A stretch of 23,968 nt of DNA from Geosiphon pyriformis uo1 (taxonomy: Eukaryota; Fungi; Glomeromycota). The number at the start of each line of letters is the position of its first letter. The stretch's first letter is position 1. The position numbers and the translations under genes were made by a program. The notes under the pieces are model-generated. The model saw only the letters and a program-made list of their open reading frames with translations. It had not been told where the DNA came from and made no database searches. Location of the stretch: contig JAAOMT010000097.1 in assembly GCA_016748015.1 (NCBI GenBank), positions 195,526 through 219,493 of the forward strand, in the 5' to 3' direction. Shown here one piece after another: positions 1-11,179 of the stretch.

Positions 1-48
1 AAAAAAAGAAAAAAAAAAAAAAGCCATTGACCACTAGCATTTTCGAAG

Positions 49-528
49 TAGTAGTGGTAGTAATAGTAATAGTAAGAGTAATAGTAATAGTAAGAGTAAT
101 ACTAATACTAATAGTAATAGTAAGAGTAATAGTAATAGTAAGAGTAATACTAATACTAATAGTAATAGTAAGAGTAATAGTAATAGTAAGAGTAATACTA
201 ATACTAATAGTAATAGTAAGAGTAATAGTAATAGTAAGAGTAATACTAATACTAATAGTAATAGTAAGAGTAATAGTAATAGTAAGAGTAATACTAATAC
301 TAATAGTAATAGTAAGAGTAATAGTAATAGTAAGAGTAATACTAATACTAATAGTAATAGTAAGAGTAATAGTAATAGTAAGAGTAATACTAATACTAAT
401 AGTAATAGTAAGAGTAATAGTAATAGTAAGAGTAATACTAATACTAATAGTAATAGTAAGAGTAATAGTAATAGTAAGAGTAATACTAATACTAATAGTA
501 ATAGTAAGAGTAATAGTAATAGTAGTAG
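49..528. repeat. Minisatellite with a 48-bp higher-order unit built from TAGTAA/GAGTAA/TACTAA hexamers, about 9.5 copies
   Basis: Lines starting at 61 and 301 are identical (240 bp = 5 x 48). The translated track repeats every 16 aa (IVIVRVIVIVRVILIL). Confidence 0.95.
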
Positions 529-767
529 TCAATCTTTTTTACCCCACACTTTTTCATAGAATAGAATTAGGAAAGATAGTTGATCTGACGTAAGGGTATT
601 TATTCTCATGATGTTCATTCATCGTCATATGTGATACTGATTTTCATCCATTGATGTGATAGATAATTCCCTTTTTTGAGAATTTGCAAATCATTAGAAG
701 ATGTTAATGAATAATGGAAAAAAAGGGTCATTTATTTTGTTACTATTTAATTAAAATATTTATTTAT

Positions 768-809
768 TTTGATTTGATTTGATTTGATTTGATTTGATTT
801 GATTTGATT
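768..809. repeat. (GATTT)n microsatellite
   Basis: Directly visible tandem pentamer. Confidence 0.95.
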
Positions 810-1597
810 CAATTCGATTCGAGATTTCTAACAATACTATCAGTATCTTCAAAAAAATAATTAATCGTCTAAAGTTTCGGGTGAAACTCTCGCTTATAAT
901 AGCTTAGTCTCTGTCTGTACTAGAACATTATTAGTTAAAGATGAATTAGAATTATTTAGATAAAAAACTAAATGCAACATGATTCAAAAATTACACATAT
1001 ATATTTTTTTTTATTTACTAATTTTCTCTTTTGAGTAGTACACACGAGTGTAACACCGTCTTTTTACTTTTTTTTTTCAACAAGAAAAAGGGAATCTTAT
1101 TTCTTCTCGGGTGGTACGGTTTAACAACAACAACAATATGATGTAGTACCCTACAATGAGGAATATATATATATATATAAATCAAAAATGTTCATATTTA
1201 CCACGTGTCGATTGCAGGACTTGGCAAAAAGTTTTATTATAATGCTTGTTTCAAAAAAAGTAATACAACTAGTGCTTCTCGGCTGTCAATTTTTTTAGAG
1301 ATATATAAATTGACAAGTTTTAAAAAAAAAAAAACTATTGTTGCGATTAAAAAAAGTTTAGGATAAAAAAAAACCCTATTATATGTATATCTATACATCC
1401 AAATATTTATCATTTTAAAAAAAAAAAATTTTTTTGTAACTGATAAATACCACCCCGTTATTTGTTTCAAAAATAAAAATAAATTTTTCAACAAAACTTT
1501 CTCCTATATTAATCAAGCAAAGCTTTTTGACAATAAAATTATTGTTTTTTTTTACACACGACTGTTATCAAAAAAATTTCTCTCTCTCTCTCTTTTC

Positions 1598-1657
1598 CTT
1601 CTTCTTCTTCTTCTTCTTCTTCTTCTTCTTCTTCTTCTTCTTCTTCTTCTTCTTCTT
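1598..1657. repeat. (CTT)n microsatellite
   Basis: Directly visible, upstream of the F-box gene. Confidence 0.95.
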
Positions 1658-1684
1658 TCCTGATCATTTGGTTGGTAACAGCAT

Positions 1685-1780
1685 TAATTTAATTTAATTT
1701 ATTTTATTTTATTTCATTTCATTTCATTTCATTTCATCATCATAAATCAATTCAATTCAATTCAATTCAATTCAAATTCA
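1685..1780. repeat. Compound pentamer microsatellite (AATTT/ATTTT/ATTTC/CAATT)
   Basis: Directly visible just 5' of the F-box ATG. Confidence 0.85.
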
Positions 1781-1791
1781 ATTAATCCAAA

Positions 1792-2859
1792 ATGATTTTC
1801 AAAAAATCCTCATTCTATAAACATCATAATCACTCATTTCATCATAAACAATTATCACCTTATTCCCTAACAACTCTTCCAAACGAGGTCCTATTATTAA
1901 TATTTCATAACCTCGATTTCGCTACCCTACTTTCATTATGCAACGTATCAATCCGTTTAAATTACCTTTCCAACATAATAATCGCTGAAAATTTTAAAGA
2001 TCCAAATTTTAGATTATTACTCGGATTTGATCAAGAGAATAAATGGAAATTTAATGTTGATTTCACATTTTCTCATGTGGTCACTTTTAAAGATGTTGAT
2101 GAAAAGAAGGATGGAATAGACATTAAAAAAAGAATTGGAAACTTGGTATTTAAACCAACGAATGAGAAAACGAGTTTAAGAGTTTTTAATTCAACTTTAT
2201 TAAGAAATCCTTGTATTAATCGGGTTTCATTGGTTGAATGTAAAAAAAATTCAAGACTAATAACAGGATCAAGAAATAAATTAAGACAATTATCGAACAA
2301 TCAAATTTTATACAACACTGAAAAAAATTCAGATTCAAAATCTTATTATCGTCAATCCTTCCTAAATTTCTTTCAAAAATCTTATAATCTCCCGGTAAAA
2401 ACTTCTGGAACTTTTATCAAAGAAAGAAATGTCTACCGTGTCGGACACTCATCAAAACATTTACCGGTACAATTTCGATTCATTTATAAAGTGAAAGAAT
2501 CATCACCTTCGACACCAAAATTACGTAGTGGTGAACGATGGATCACTCCAGTGTCATTCGAATGTCCATCTAGTTTCTTTTATCCTCATGAACCTACCGC
2601 GCATAAAATTTTATGGAACTTGAAACAAGGAGTGATTGGCACTGTTGATGCTCAGAAATATTCTATTAAAAAGAGATTTCAAATTAAGGGGTCGAATCAT
2701 ACATCAATATCGATATCTGATCATAATAAGCTTAGTAAAGGATGTCAACTACAGGAAAAAGAATGGAATGGGAATGGGAATGGGAAAGCAAATAAGGAAC
2801 AGAAATCTGGAAAAGATCAAAGAAAATTTAATTTTATGCTGATACGAAAACCCAAGTAA
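1792..2859 (+). CDS. F-box domain protein, 355 aa, single exon
   Basis: Long ATG-initiated ORF in AT-rich DNA. N-terminal F-box signature LTTLPNEVLLLIFHNLDFATLLSLCNVSIRL. C-terminal region not recognised. Confidence 0.85.
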   Translation: MIFKKSSFYKHHNHSFHHKQLSPYSLTTLPNEVLLLIFHNLDFATLLSLCNVSIRLNYLSNIIIAENFKDPNFRLLLGFDQENKWKFNVDFTFSHVVTFKDVDEKKDGIDIKKRIGNLVFKPTNEKTSLRVFNSTLLRNPCINRVSLVECKKNSRLITGSRNKLRQLSNNQILYNTEKNSDSKSYYRQSFLNFFQKSYNLPVKTSGTFIKERNVYRVGHSSKHLPVQFRFIYKVKESSPSTPKLRSGERWITPVSFECPSSFFYPHEPTAHKILWNLKQGVIGTVDAQKYSIKKRFQIKGSNHTSISISDHNKLSKGCQLQEKEWNGNGNGKANKEQKSGKDQRKFNFMLIRKPK

Positions 2860-2877
2860 ATGGAATTGGAAAAAATG

Positions 2878-2878
2878 A

Positions 2879-2921
<43 letters not shown>

Positions 2922-2968
2922 CATCATCATAATCATCATCATAATCATTATTATCATAATTATTATCA

Positions 2969-3019
<51 letters not shown>

Positions 3020-3025
3020 ATTATT
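2878..3025. repeat. (ATT)n/(ATC)n trinucleotide microsatellite
   Basis: Directly visible. It produces the spurious poly-I and poly-N ORFs. Confidence 0.95.
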
Positions 3026-3558
3026 ACAATATCTGTCCCCATCATTATTTTAAAATATTACATTATATATATTCTATTCGAAAATTTTTAATAAGAATTA
3101 AGAATCAAAATTAAAATCAAGGAAATTTAATATATTAAGTCAAAAATCTAAGTGAAAGAATAAAACGATTAAACCAATTACAAATAGAGAAAAATTTTCC
3201 ACAAATTAAAAAAAATAATAATAATAATAATAATAATTTATTTATATTATTTTAATAAGAGTTTTTTTTTTGTTTCATAACCAATTTTCAAATAATAAAG
3301 AATTAATAATAAAATATATATACATATATATTTATATATTGATACCTTAACAATTTAAAAAAAAACCCACACGCAAGAGATTCCTTTTTAAGGATTTAAA
3401 AAATATATATATATATTTGAAGTTAACAAGTTTTATTTTAAAAAAATCTTTGTAATATAAGATTTTTGATGTTTAATAATACCGATTATGTAACGAATCA
3501 TTCTTACTTACAAACATTTGCTTTTTTTTTTTCCAATTAAAGAAACTTTGATTCTTTT

Positions 3559-3578
3559 NNNNNNNNNNNNNNNNNNNN
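3559..3578. other. Assembly gap (20 N) next to a poly-T run
   Basis: Run of n characters. Confidence 1.
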
Positions 3579-4384
3579 TTTTTTTTTTTTTTTTTTTTTT
3601 TGGTCTCTATTTTTTTTACGAAAAGAAAAAAAAAATTTTTCTCACGAGTATTTCTAATTATTTCCTTTTAATCTCATGATTAAGATTATGAGTAACATAA
3701 AAAAAAAAAAAAAAACTTTTTGATAAAATTTGTATCACACACATATAAAAATTTTTCGGGGGAGGTGGGAGGTGGGAGAGGGGAGAGGGGAGAGGGGAGG
3801 GTTTTTTTTTATATAATTTTGTTTTTGGAATACTCTCGCTAAATGAAATCCACATATTTATTGTAACAATAAACTCTTATCTCGTATTGTTTCTAATTTA
3901 TCATTTATAGTTTATAATTTATAATTTATAATTTATCTTTTATCACATATTGTTTACCATTTTTTTTTACCTTTGTAAAAATCTGTTTGTAAGAACGTAC
4001 AAATAAATAAATAAATATTTTTGGCATAATCATGATCATTTGATCTTTTTGATAATAAAAAAAAATTTTTAAAGTTATCATTTCTTGAATCAAGATCATC
4101 TAATCATATCTAATATTAGATTGTTCCCTATTTGGATTAGAGGGAGAGAGGGAGAAAGAGAATTTATCATTTAGGGAGGGGGAGAGAGGTCTTTCGTACC
4201 ACAAATGGTATTTCTATATTATTATTCTTTCTTTCTTTAAAAAGTACTCTTTTTCATTAAGCCGTCCTTATATAAAAATCATTTTTTAAACCTTTTTTTT
4301 TTAATAGTATTAATAAAAAATATTTATTGAATCTTTTCAACTCTCTCACCCAAAAAAAAGTTTCATTAATGTTCACTATAATTG

Positions 4385-4385
<1 letters not shown>

Positions 4386-4430
<45 letters not shown>
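4386..4430. repeat. (AAT)n microsatellite
   Basis: Directly visible. Confidence 0.95.
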
Positions 4431-4431
<1 letters not shown>

Positions 4432-5267
4432 GACTTATTTGTTTACCCCAGATTTTCAATATTACCATATTTAGAAAACTAAAATCCAAGCCAAAAAGGT
4501 CGGAAATTTTCAAATTTCCTTTTTCATCATTTTCATTTTAAAATAGTGTACAAAACTAAATGAGGATCTAGAAAATTACGTTACTCGAAAATTCTATGCA
4601 ATGACTCAGAGATAATATTTTTATCCTATATACTTCATTGATAATGCACCTTGCCTCTCTGCCAAGGATCTTTTACCATTCAGACTTTGCACACATAAAT
4701 TGTAATTCTTGCATCATAATTGTTGCGACACATTACTCGAAATGGCATATAAGAAAGGTGGGGTAACATATTATTGGCTAAAATAAAACTAACTGTAATA
4801 GGAAGATTACTTTGTGTGTTAATCAGTGACTGGATCGTGAGAATAATTTGAATCGCGCGCGCGTTTCAAGAGTTTGATCATTCGGATACTTTAGTCTAAA
4901 TAAAAAAAGATAGCTAATACATATTTTAAATACATTAATCCCTATTTTAAATACAATCAATCCCTATTTTAATTACTATTTTAATTACATTAATCCATCG
5001 AGTTTTCCAATTTGTGTTATTATAAACTTGAACCGATTAATCGCATAACGAAAAAAACATTGTGCCCTAGTAACTGAGCGGAGGATCTCGAGAACAAAGA
5101 TTAGATTTCTTGATGGATAAATTATTAAGTTTAAATAATAGATAAACCTCCCCTTTTCCACATTGACTTTCTCATCATGACTCAAAAAAAAATTTATTAC
5201 GTTACAATCAACTTACTTCTTTAACAAACTTGTCTACCTTCTATAATAAATTCAACCAATAGAAAGT

Positions 5268-6195
5268 TTATAAAATAGGTTTAATCGCAATGGCTCCAAT
5301 CACATTGTCCAAGATTTCGCGTGAATCCTCCACTCGTTTGTCAATTTTATAGTACTACATCATTAAAAAAAAAAGAGAACTATTAATCTCTTCAAACCAA
5401 AAGAAAAGAATTATAAAAGAAAATTAACTAAAGTCAAACCTTTCTCACTGCAGAAAGTTCGACCAACTCCGAGAATTTATCAAGCGTTGTTAACTCTCCT
5501 TTGATCAGAGTTGAAAGATGTGCTTTTACCTTGATAATGTATAAATAATTCGATATCCGGTTAAGTACACTATATAAAACCAAAAGAAGTTTGTTTGATT
5601 TATATAGAAATTCTTCACCTCGTTAACATCCCTACCAACTTTGATCGTAACAAGGCCTGTGGTCGTATTCGAAATACCAAATCGTCGCAAAGATTCTGTA
5701 ATCTTTGTCTTTAATTAGTTACCAACAAAAAATTCATCAAAATAAATATTCAGGAATGAATCTTCGTCATGGACTACATACATTTGTTGTGGGTGAAAGG
5801 CTATAAACAATTTCAGAATGCAGATTGTGCGTTTTCAACTTGTTTTGTTGTTCATAATAAACAGCTGTGTTCACAGCAACCAAGATTTGAAAGACGTCTA
5901 AAACCTATAAAATAGGTTTTAGAGAAAAAAATAACATAGTTTCAACAAATACCAACCTGAATTAGAAATCAAGACGTTTTATAACTATTAGGAAAAGTCC
6001 TTTTATATTTTACACAATTTAGTAGCCCCAAGTTCAAATGATACATACAACTCTAGCGTCAATAAAACCATAGGAAAGTTCTTCGTCTCGCGCTATCAAC
6101 CTTTCTCGAAGTTCTGCTGCATTAGAAACATTTTTAAATAACGCGACATGGACTAAACCTCGGGTGGGGAATAGGTCTAAAGGAAAAGACTCCAT
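5268..6195 (-). CDS. CGI121: EKC/KEOPS complex subunit Cgi121 (TPRKB), 5 exons, about 176 aa
   Basis: Hand-spliced with GT-AG introns: MESFPLDLFPTRGLVHVALFKNVSNAAELRERLIARDEELSYGFIDARV (6195-6049) | VLDVFQILVAVNTAVYYEQQNKLKTHNLHSEIVYSLSPTTN (5904-5782) | ITESLRRFGISNTTTGLVTIKVGRDVNE (5702-5619) | VKAHLSTLIKGE...LSAVRK | YYKIDKRV...VIGAIAIKPIL*. The motifs VxNAxEL, HSEIVYSLSPxxNI and SLRRFGI are characteristic. Absent from the ORF track because the exons are short. Confidence 0.92.
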
Positions 6196-6811
6196 TTTTC
6201 TAAAACCTATTATAAATCGTTCAGGTGAATTAATTTAGAAATTGATTGACAAAAAATTTTATCTGAAAATTTTATTTTTATTGCATTAATTAAGTGTGAT
6301 CTAATATACACTACATTAGATTTAATAAATGAACCTTTAGCATCCATCTTAACAAAATCACTTAACCAAATCCTGGTTCTCTTTCTGGATTCCTTTACAT
6401 ACAGTTTTTAACATAAGCCAACTTAATTTTAATAGTTTTATTAAGAACTAGAATAAAAAACTATATTTACTTGAAAAAATTTTATTGTTTTTAAAATATT
6501 ACCAAAACCAATAGTATATTTTTTTTTTAAAAAAAAATTGTTTTGGTTTCTATTTTATCAACTTAATCTTTGGAATCAAATAATTCAATAAATAAATTAA
6601 TTAAAATTACATGTAAAAACATAACTTTTTTTTTTTTTAGAATTGGCAAAAATTAATGTATTAAATAATTTAATTATAAATTAATTCAAATTAATTTTGG
6701 CAAAAATATTACTATTGTTAATATTTAAAACAAAAAAAAAATTTTTTTATAACCAAATTGAAATTAAGTATTATAATTGGTACAATTGTATTTTTTTTAC
6801 AAAAAAAACAG

Positions 6812-9800
6812 GGTTCGTCAGTACGCACCTTTGGACTATGTTAGGGATGATGCTTTTTTAGGTGTTATGAGTGCAATCAGTATGGGCGAGTTACTTTCTG
6901 TTGTTGGTGGTCTTCCTGATGGCAAGACTGCTGGTTTGTCTGGTGTTCCTAATGAATTATGGAAACATGGTGGTGAGGTAGTTTTGGGGTGTCTGCTGGC
7001 GCTGTTTAATAAATGTTTGTCGGGTGGTGTGATGCCTGTTTTGTGGAAGAGGGCTTGGGTGTCTATGATTCCTAAGCCTTATGACTGGGATGGAGTTCTT
7101 ACGAACACTCGGCCCATTGCTTTGATTGAGACTGCCAGGAAGATTTTTTCCAAGATTCTGTCTGACCGTATTTTAATGGCTTGTAGCAAGTTCAATATTC
7201 TTCAGGGTGACAACTTTTCGGTGCTGAAGGGTATGTCAACACAATCTCTGGTGTTTGCTATTAGTTCGGTAATTAAGGATGCCATTGAGAAGGATAGGGA
7301 GTTATGGTTGGTCTTGCAAGATATGCGGAAAGCTTACAATTCAGTTGGGTGGCATCATTTAAGAGCTAGTTTGCAGCGTGTCAAGATGTGTGAAAGGTTC
7401 ATAAGGTTTTTTGGTGGTATTCATGAGGATAGAGTTAATAGGGTGATGACTGACTTTGGTTTGTCTGGTGGTTATAAGGTGCATGATGGGCTGGACCAAG
7501 GTGAGATCTTTTTACCACTTCTTTGGAGGATTTTTTATGATCCGCTTTTGTGTGAGGTTAAAAGGCACGAACAATTATGTGGGTACCAGATTGATACTAA
7601 GTTTGTTTCGAAATCTGGCAGGATTAAGGGCAGTGGTGGTTTGACATTGTATTTTTCGGCTGGTGCGTTTGTCGATAATACGATCTGGGTTGGAAATTGT
7701 CAGGCTTCTACTCAATATGCTCTGAACATTGCCAGTGAATTTTTTGTGATCAATGACATTTCTATCAATAGTGAGAAGACGGTGGCTATTCCCATCAATC
7801 AGGGCGTTAAAGTTGCTTCACTGAACATTTGTGGTCAGCCAATCTCTATTGCCAAGAAAGGGGAAGCACATCGATATCTGGGTATTTTTCTGTCGACTGA
7901 GGGGCTCTCCAAGCCGAGTGTTGCCAAGGCTCATGCGGATGTACGTTTCTTCGTCAATGTTGTGCTTAGGAAGGCTATTACAGACAAACAATTCTCGTAT
8001 CTGGTGTCAGCTGTTTTGCAGCCTATTGTTAGCTATTGTACTCAGTTCAGTTTTGTCTCATCTAATGTTTGTCGCAAATAGGATGTCTTGGTTAGAAAGG
8101 GTCTTAGGTCCAAAGCTTGTCTCCCCTGTGATTTTCCTGACGCTGCTTTGCATCATCCCTCATTGTATGGCCTAAAGCTTTTTGAGCAGATGCAGTCTGA
8201 AGGGAAGGTTGCTGCTTTGATGGCATTCTCTAATGCTTTTGGCATTCTTGGGCATTTGTTTAGACATAGGTTTTTGGACCTACAGGTTCTTGGTTGGGCT
8301 CCTTTGGATCCTTTGCAGTTTCCAGTCAGGTTGCGTGTTAGTCCGGTGAACAATTTTTTGGCTGGGATGGTGAAGATCTTTCTGGGCAGTAAGCTTACTT
8401 TGGTGAACAACCTCCCTACTGCATTTCATAGTCCTGGTCGGTTCCCGTTGTCCTCTGTTCTTGGAAAGTCTCTGTATTTTGATTTGGTCAAATCTCTTAA
8501 GTGTTTTGGTGTCGCTTTTGGTGATCGGCTTTTTGATAAGAAAGGTGTTTTGTTGGATTGGAAAACTTTTTGTCATTGGAAGAGGTTGGATCCACGTGGC
8601 CTTGTGCCTCACTGGTTCATGGTTTCTTCTGAGTTTTTGAAAGGTCAGGGTTACTCATTTTCTGGTTTTGTTGGCTCAGCAAAGAAGCTGGGTTTGGACA
8701 TTTTGGGGTCTGGAGAATTTTCTGCGGTTAAAGATGGATTGCATGACATTTGGTCAGACTCTTTTGAAGTTTTCACGGATGGGTTTTTGAGGAATGCAGG
8801 CTCTGCTGAGGTCGCCTGTGGTGCTGCTGCATACTTTCCAGTCTTAGATATGAGTATTGGTGTCGCTGTTTGTGGTCTTTTGTCATCTACTATGGCCGAG
8901 TTACAGGCTGTCACTTTGGCTTTGGAGTGTGTTCCTTCTTCAAGTACTGTGGTGTTGCGTTTTGACAGCCAGGCTGCCATTGACGCATGTGTGTCTGAGA
9001 TGTCTTTGGTTGCTTCTGATTTCCGTAATCAATGCTGGCTGGAAAGGCATCATATTTTCAATTTGGTCAGGGATAAGGATCTTAGTGTGAGTTGGGTTAA
9101 GGTAAAAGGACACTCTGGGATTCCTGGTAATGTGAGAGCTGACTTGGCTGCTGGGGCTGCCTCTGGGTCTCCCTTTTCCCTTTGTGCCGATGTGCGTGAA
9201 CATTTTTTGGTTGCTGAGGGTGTTGCTGTTTCTGGTAATATCCATCATTTTGTCAGAAATATTTTTCGATCAATTCATTGTGCTCGTTGGGAAGCTGGGC
9301 CTGGTTGTGATGTAGTTCCGGATGCAATGGTTGGTTGCATAGACTGGGTTGTCACGGTGAAGGTGTGGCATCCTGATTTTTATATGCTTGCTGGTTTCAC
9401 TAGCCGCGCATCCTCATCACTTTGCACTTATGTTATGAAGGCTGTGCACAGGAGGTTGCTGGTGGCCATTAGGAAGAGGTTGTATGATAAATGCTACCCT
9501 AGTGTGTTGTGTTTGCTTTGTGATGAGGTGGAGTTCTCTGACCATGTTTTTACTTGTGTTCATGAGTCTGGCATTTGTGGTGAGATTTTGGCGGAGGCTT
9601 CTGCTCGTTGGTCAGCTTTGTCTGGTGGTTCCTCTGCTTCTGCTGTGTTGTGGGTTTTGTCTCAATGTTCCATTGATGTTGGGCTGTACACTTTGGTATG
9701 CAAAGGGTTTGTGCTGGAGGAGTGATATGAGGAGGCTTGCGATGTTTTTGAGGATAGAAAAGTGGCCACTGCTAGGATTGTTGAGTATGTCAGGTTCGTT

Positions 9801-10184
9801 GTTGGTTTACATCGTGCTAAGGTATGGTTGGCTAGAGCCAGCCACCGGGTGGTGATAGAGAAGACTGGTCTGGTCTGTGATGTTGGTATTGTTTCTGGGC
9901 TCCCTTGTGGTGTGTCTTCGGTTTTGTCTGACGGTGTTGTGAGATTGCTTGGTTTGGCCAATTCCTTTGCTGTTAGCTTTGGTCGTCAGAAGCCTTTTTG
10001 TTTCTTTTCTGGTCTGGGTGGCAGTGTGCGGGTAGTTATAGCTGTGTAGTGTTGCCTTGTCTGGCCTGAGTGGCTAGCCATATGTAGAAAGTGCATGAGT
10101 CGCGTTTAGTTTGAGCCTCTTAGTTTGGTTCTATGTACTAGATAGCAATTGGGCTACACTCGTTAAATGCGTTAATAAAAAAAA
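6812..10184 (+). mobile_element. 5'-truncated non-LTR retrotransposon (LINE) with poly(A) tail, flanked by TSD AAAAAAAACAG (6801-6811 and 10185-10195)
   Basis: Abrupt composition switch at both ends, RT/RNase H/zinc finger coding, short 3' UTR ending AATAAA-poly(A), and the same AAAAAAAACAG on both sides. Exact TSD length is ambiguous because it merges with the poly(A). Confidence 0.93.
6813..10049 (+). pseudogene. LINE ORF2 remnant: reverse transcriptase, RNase H and C-terminal CxxC-H-C zinc finger
   Basis: ORFs 6777, 8088 and 9762 share one frame, split by TAG at 8079-8081 and TGA at 9723-9725. RT motifs: TRPIALIE, QDMRKAY(N)SV, GLDQGE, AFVD(N)T, YLGIFL. RNase H motifs: FTDG, AELQAV, DSQAA, KVKGHSG..N.RAD. 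Zinc finger: CLLC...DHVFTC. The endonuclease region is lost to 5' truncation. Confidence 0.92.
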
Positions 10185-10195
10185 AAAAAAAACAG

Positions 10196-11165
10196 ATTTT
10201 AAACCAAAAGCCATAACTTAAAAAATATTATTTAGTTTTTTACTTTAAAAAAACTTTTTAAGTATTAAAACTATTAAAAACAATAAAAAAAAATTTATTT
10301 TATTTTTTATTTTAGTTGTAAACATAAAAATATATATATAATATTAAAAATAAAATAAATATTATATTTATTAAAACTTTGATTTTGTTCTTTTATAATT
10401 CCAATTTATTAAATTAACTCTATAATTTAAAAAATTAGTTTGTTTTTAACTTGTTCAAAAATGTAAAAAAAAATATTTAATAATAATAAAACTTTAAAAT
10501 ACAATTTACGTAATTATAGTTACAAATAATATTTAAAATATTTTTAATTAATAATTTTACAAATAAATAAATATTAATTTAATAAATTAATTGTTTATTA
10601 TATATTATAAATTTTTATACAAATTTTTTCATAAGTTAAAATTATTTTATAATAGCAACTAATATTTAATATAATAACAGTAAACATTATTTAAAAATAT
10701 CAAAAAAAAGTATTATAATATGTTTTTTTATAAAAATATAAATATATATATATATATATAATAGTTTTAATATTAAGAAAAAAAAATTTTATATTATTTG
10801 TTTTATTTTGAACTAAATATTTAAATAAACTTTTAATTAATTAAAAAAAATTAAAATTAAAATTAAAAACCAAATTATTACAATAAATTTTATTTGTAAC
10901 TATTTATTAAATAAAATTGTTATTTATTAGCTAAATTTTTAAAAAAAAATAATTTTTGATTAAAATTATTTATATTATTAATAATTATTTAAACCTTTAT
11001 TGTAAAATTAGAAAAAATACTAAAAAATTATTAATATTTTATGTTTTTAAATTAGAAAAAAACTTTAAATAATTGTAAAAATAATTTTAAAGAAAACTTT
11101 AACAACAGCAAATAAATTTTAGATTAATTTTTAAGAAAAAATACATAAACCACATTATAATATCA
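10196..11165. other. Extremely AT-rich degenerate tract, continuous with ~6240-6800 before the LINE inserted
   Basis: Very few C/G and not a tandem repeat. The TSD shows the two sides were contiguous. Confidence 0.8.
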
Positions 11166-11179
11166 ACAAAAAATTTTTC

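Noticed and set aside
27-593. 188-aa I/V/L/R ORF, or a telomere-like array
   Set aside because: It is the translation of the 48-bp minisatellite. Units lack the G-runs of telomeric repeats.
2749-3114. Poly-I and poly-N ORFs
   Set aside because: Products of the (ATT)n microsatellite.
4500-5200. Possible small spliced gene downstream of CGI121
   Set aside because: Moderately complex sequence, but I could not assemble a convincing in-phase exon chain or recognise a motif.
9723-9725. TGA in the LINE as evidence of code 4
   Set aside because: The same frame has a TAG at 8079 and many TGG codons, so this is ordinary decay.
7456-9961. Overlapping and antisense ORFs inside the LINE
   Set aside because: Shadow ORFs caused by the skewed composition of the RT/RNase H frame.
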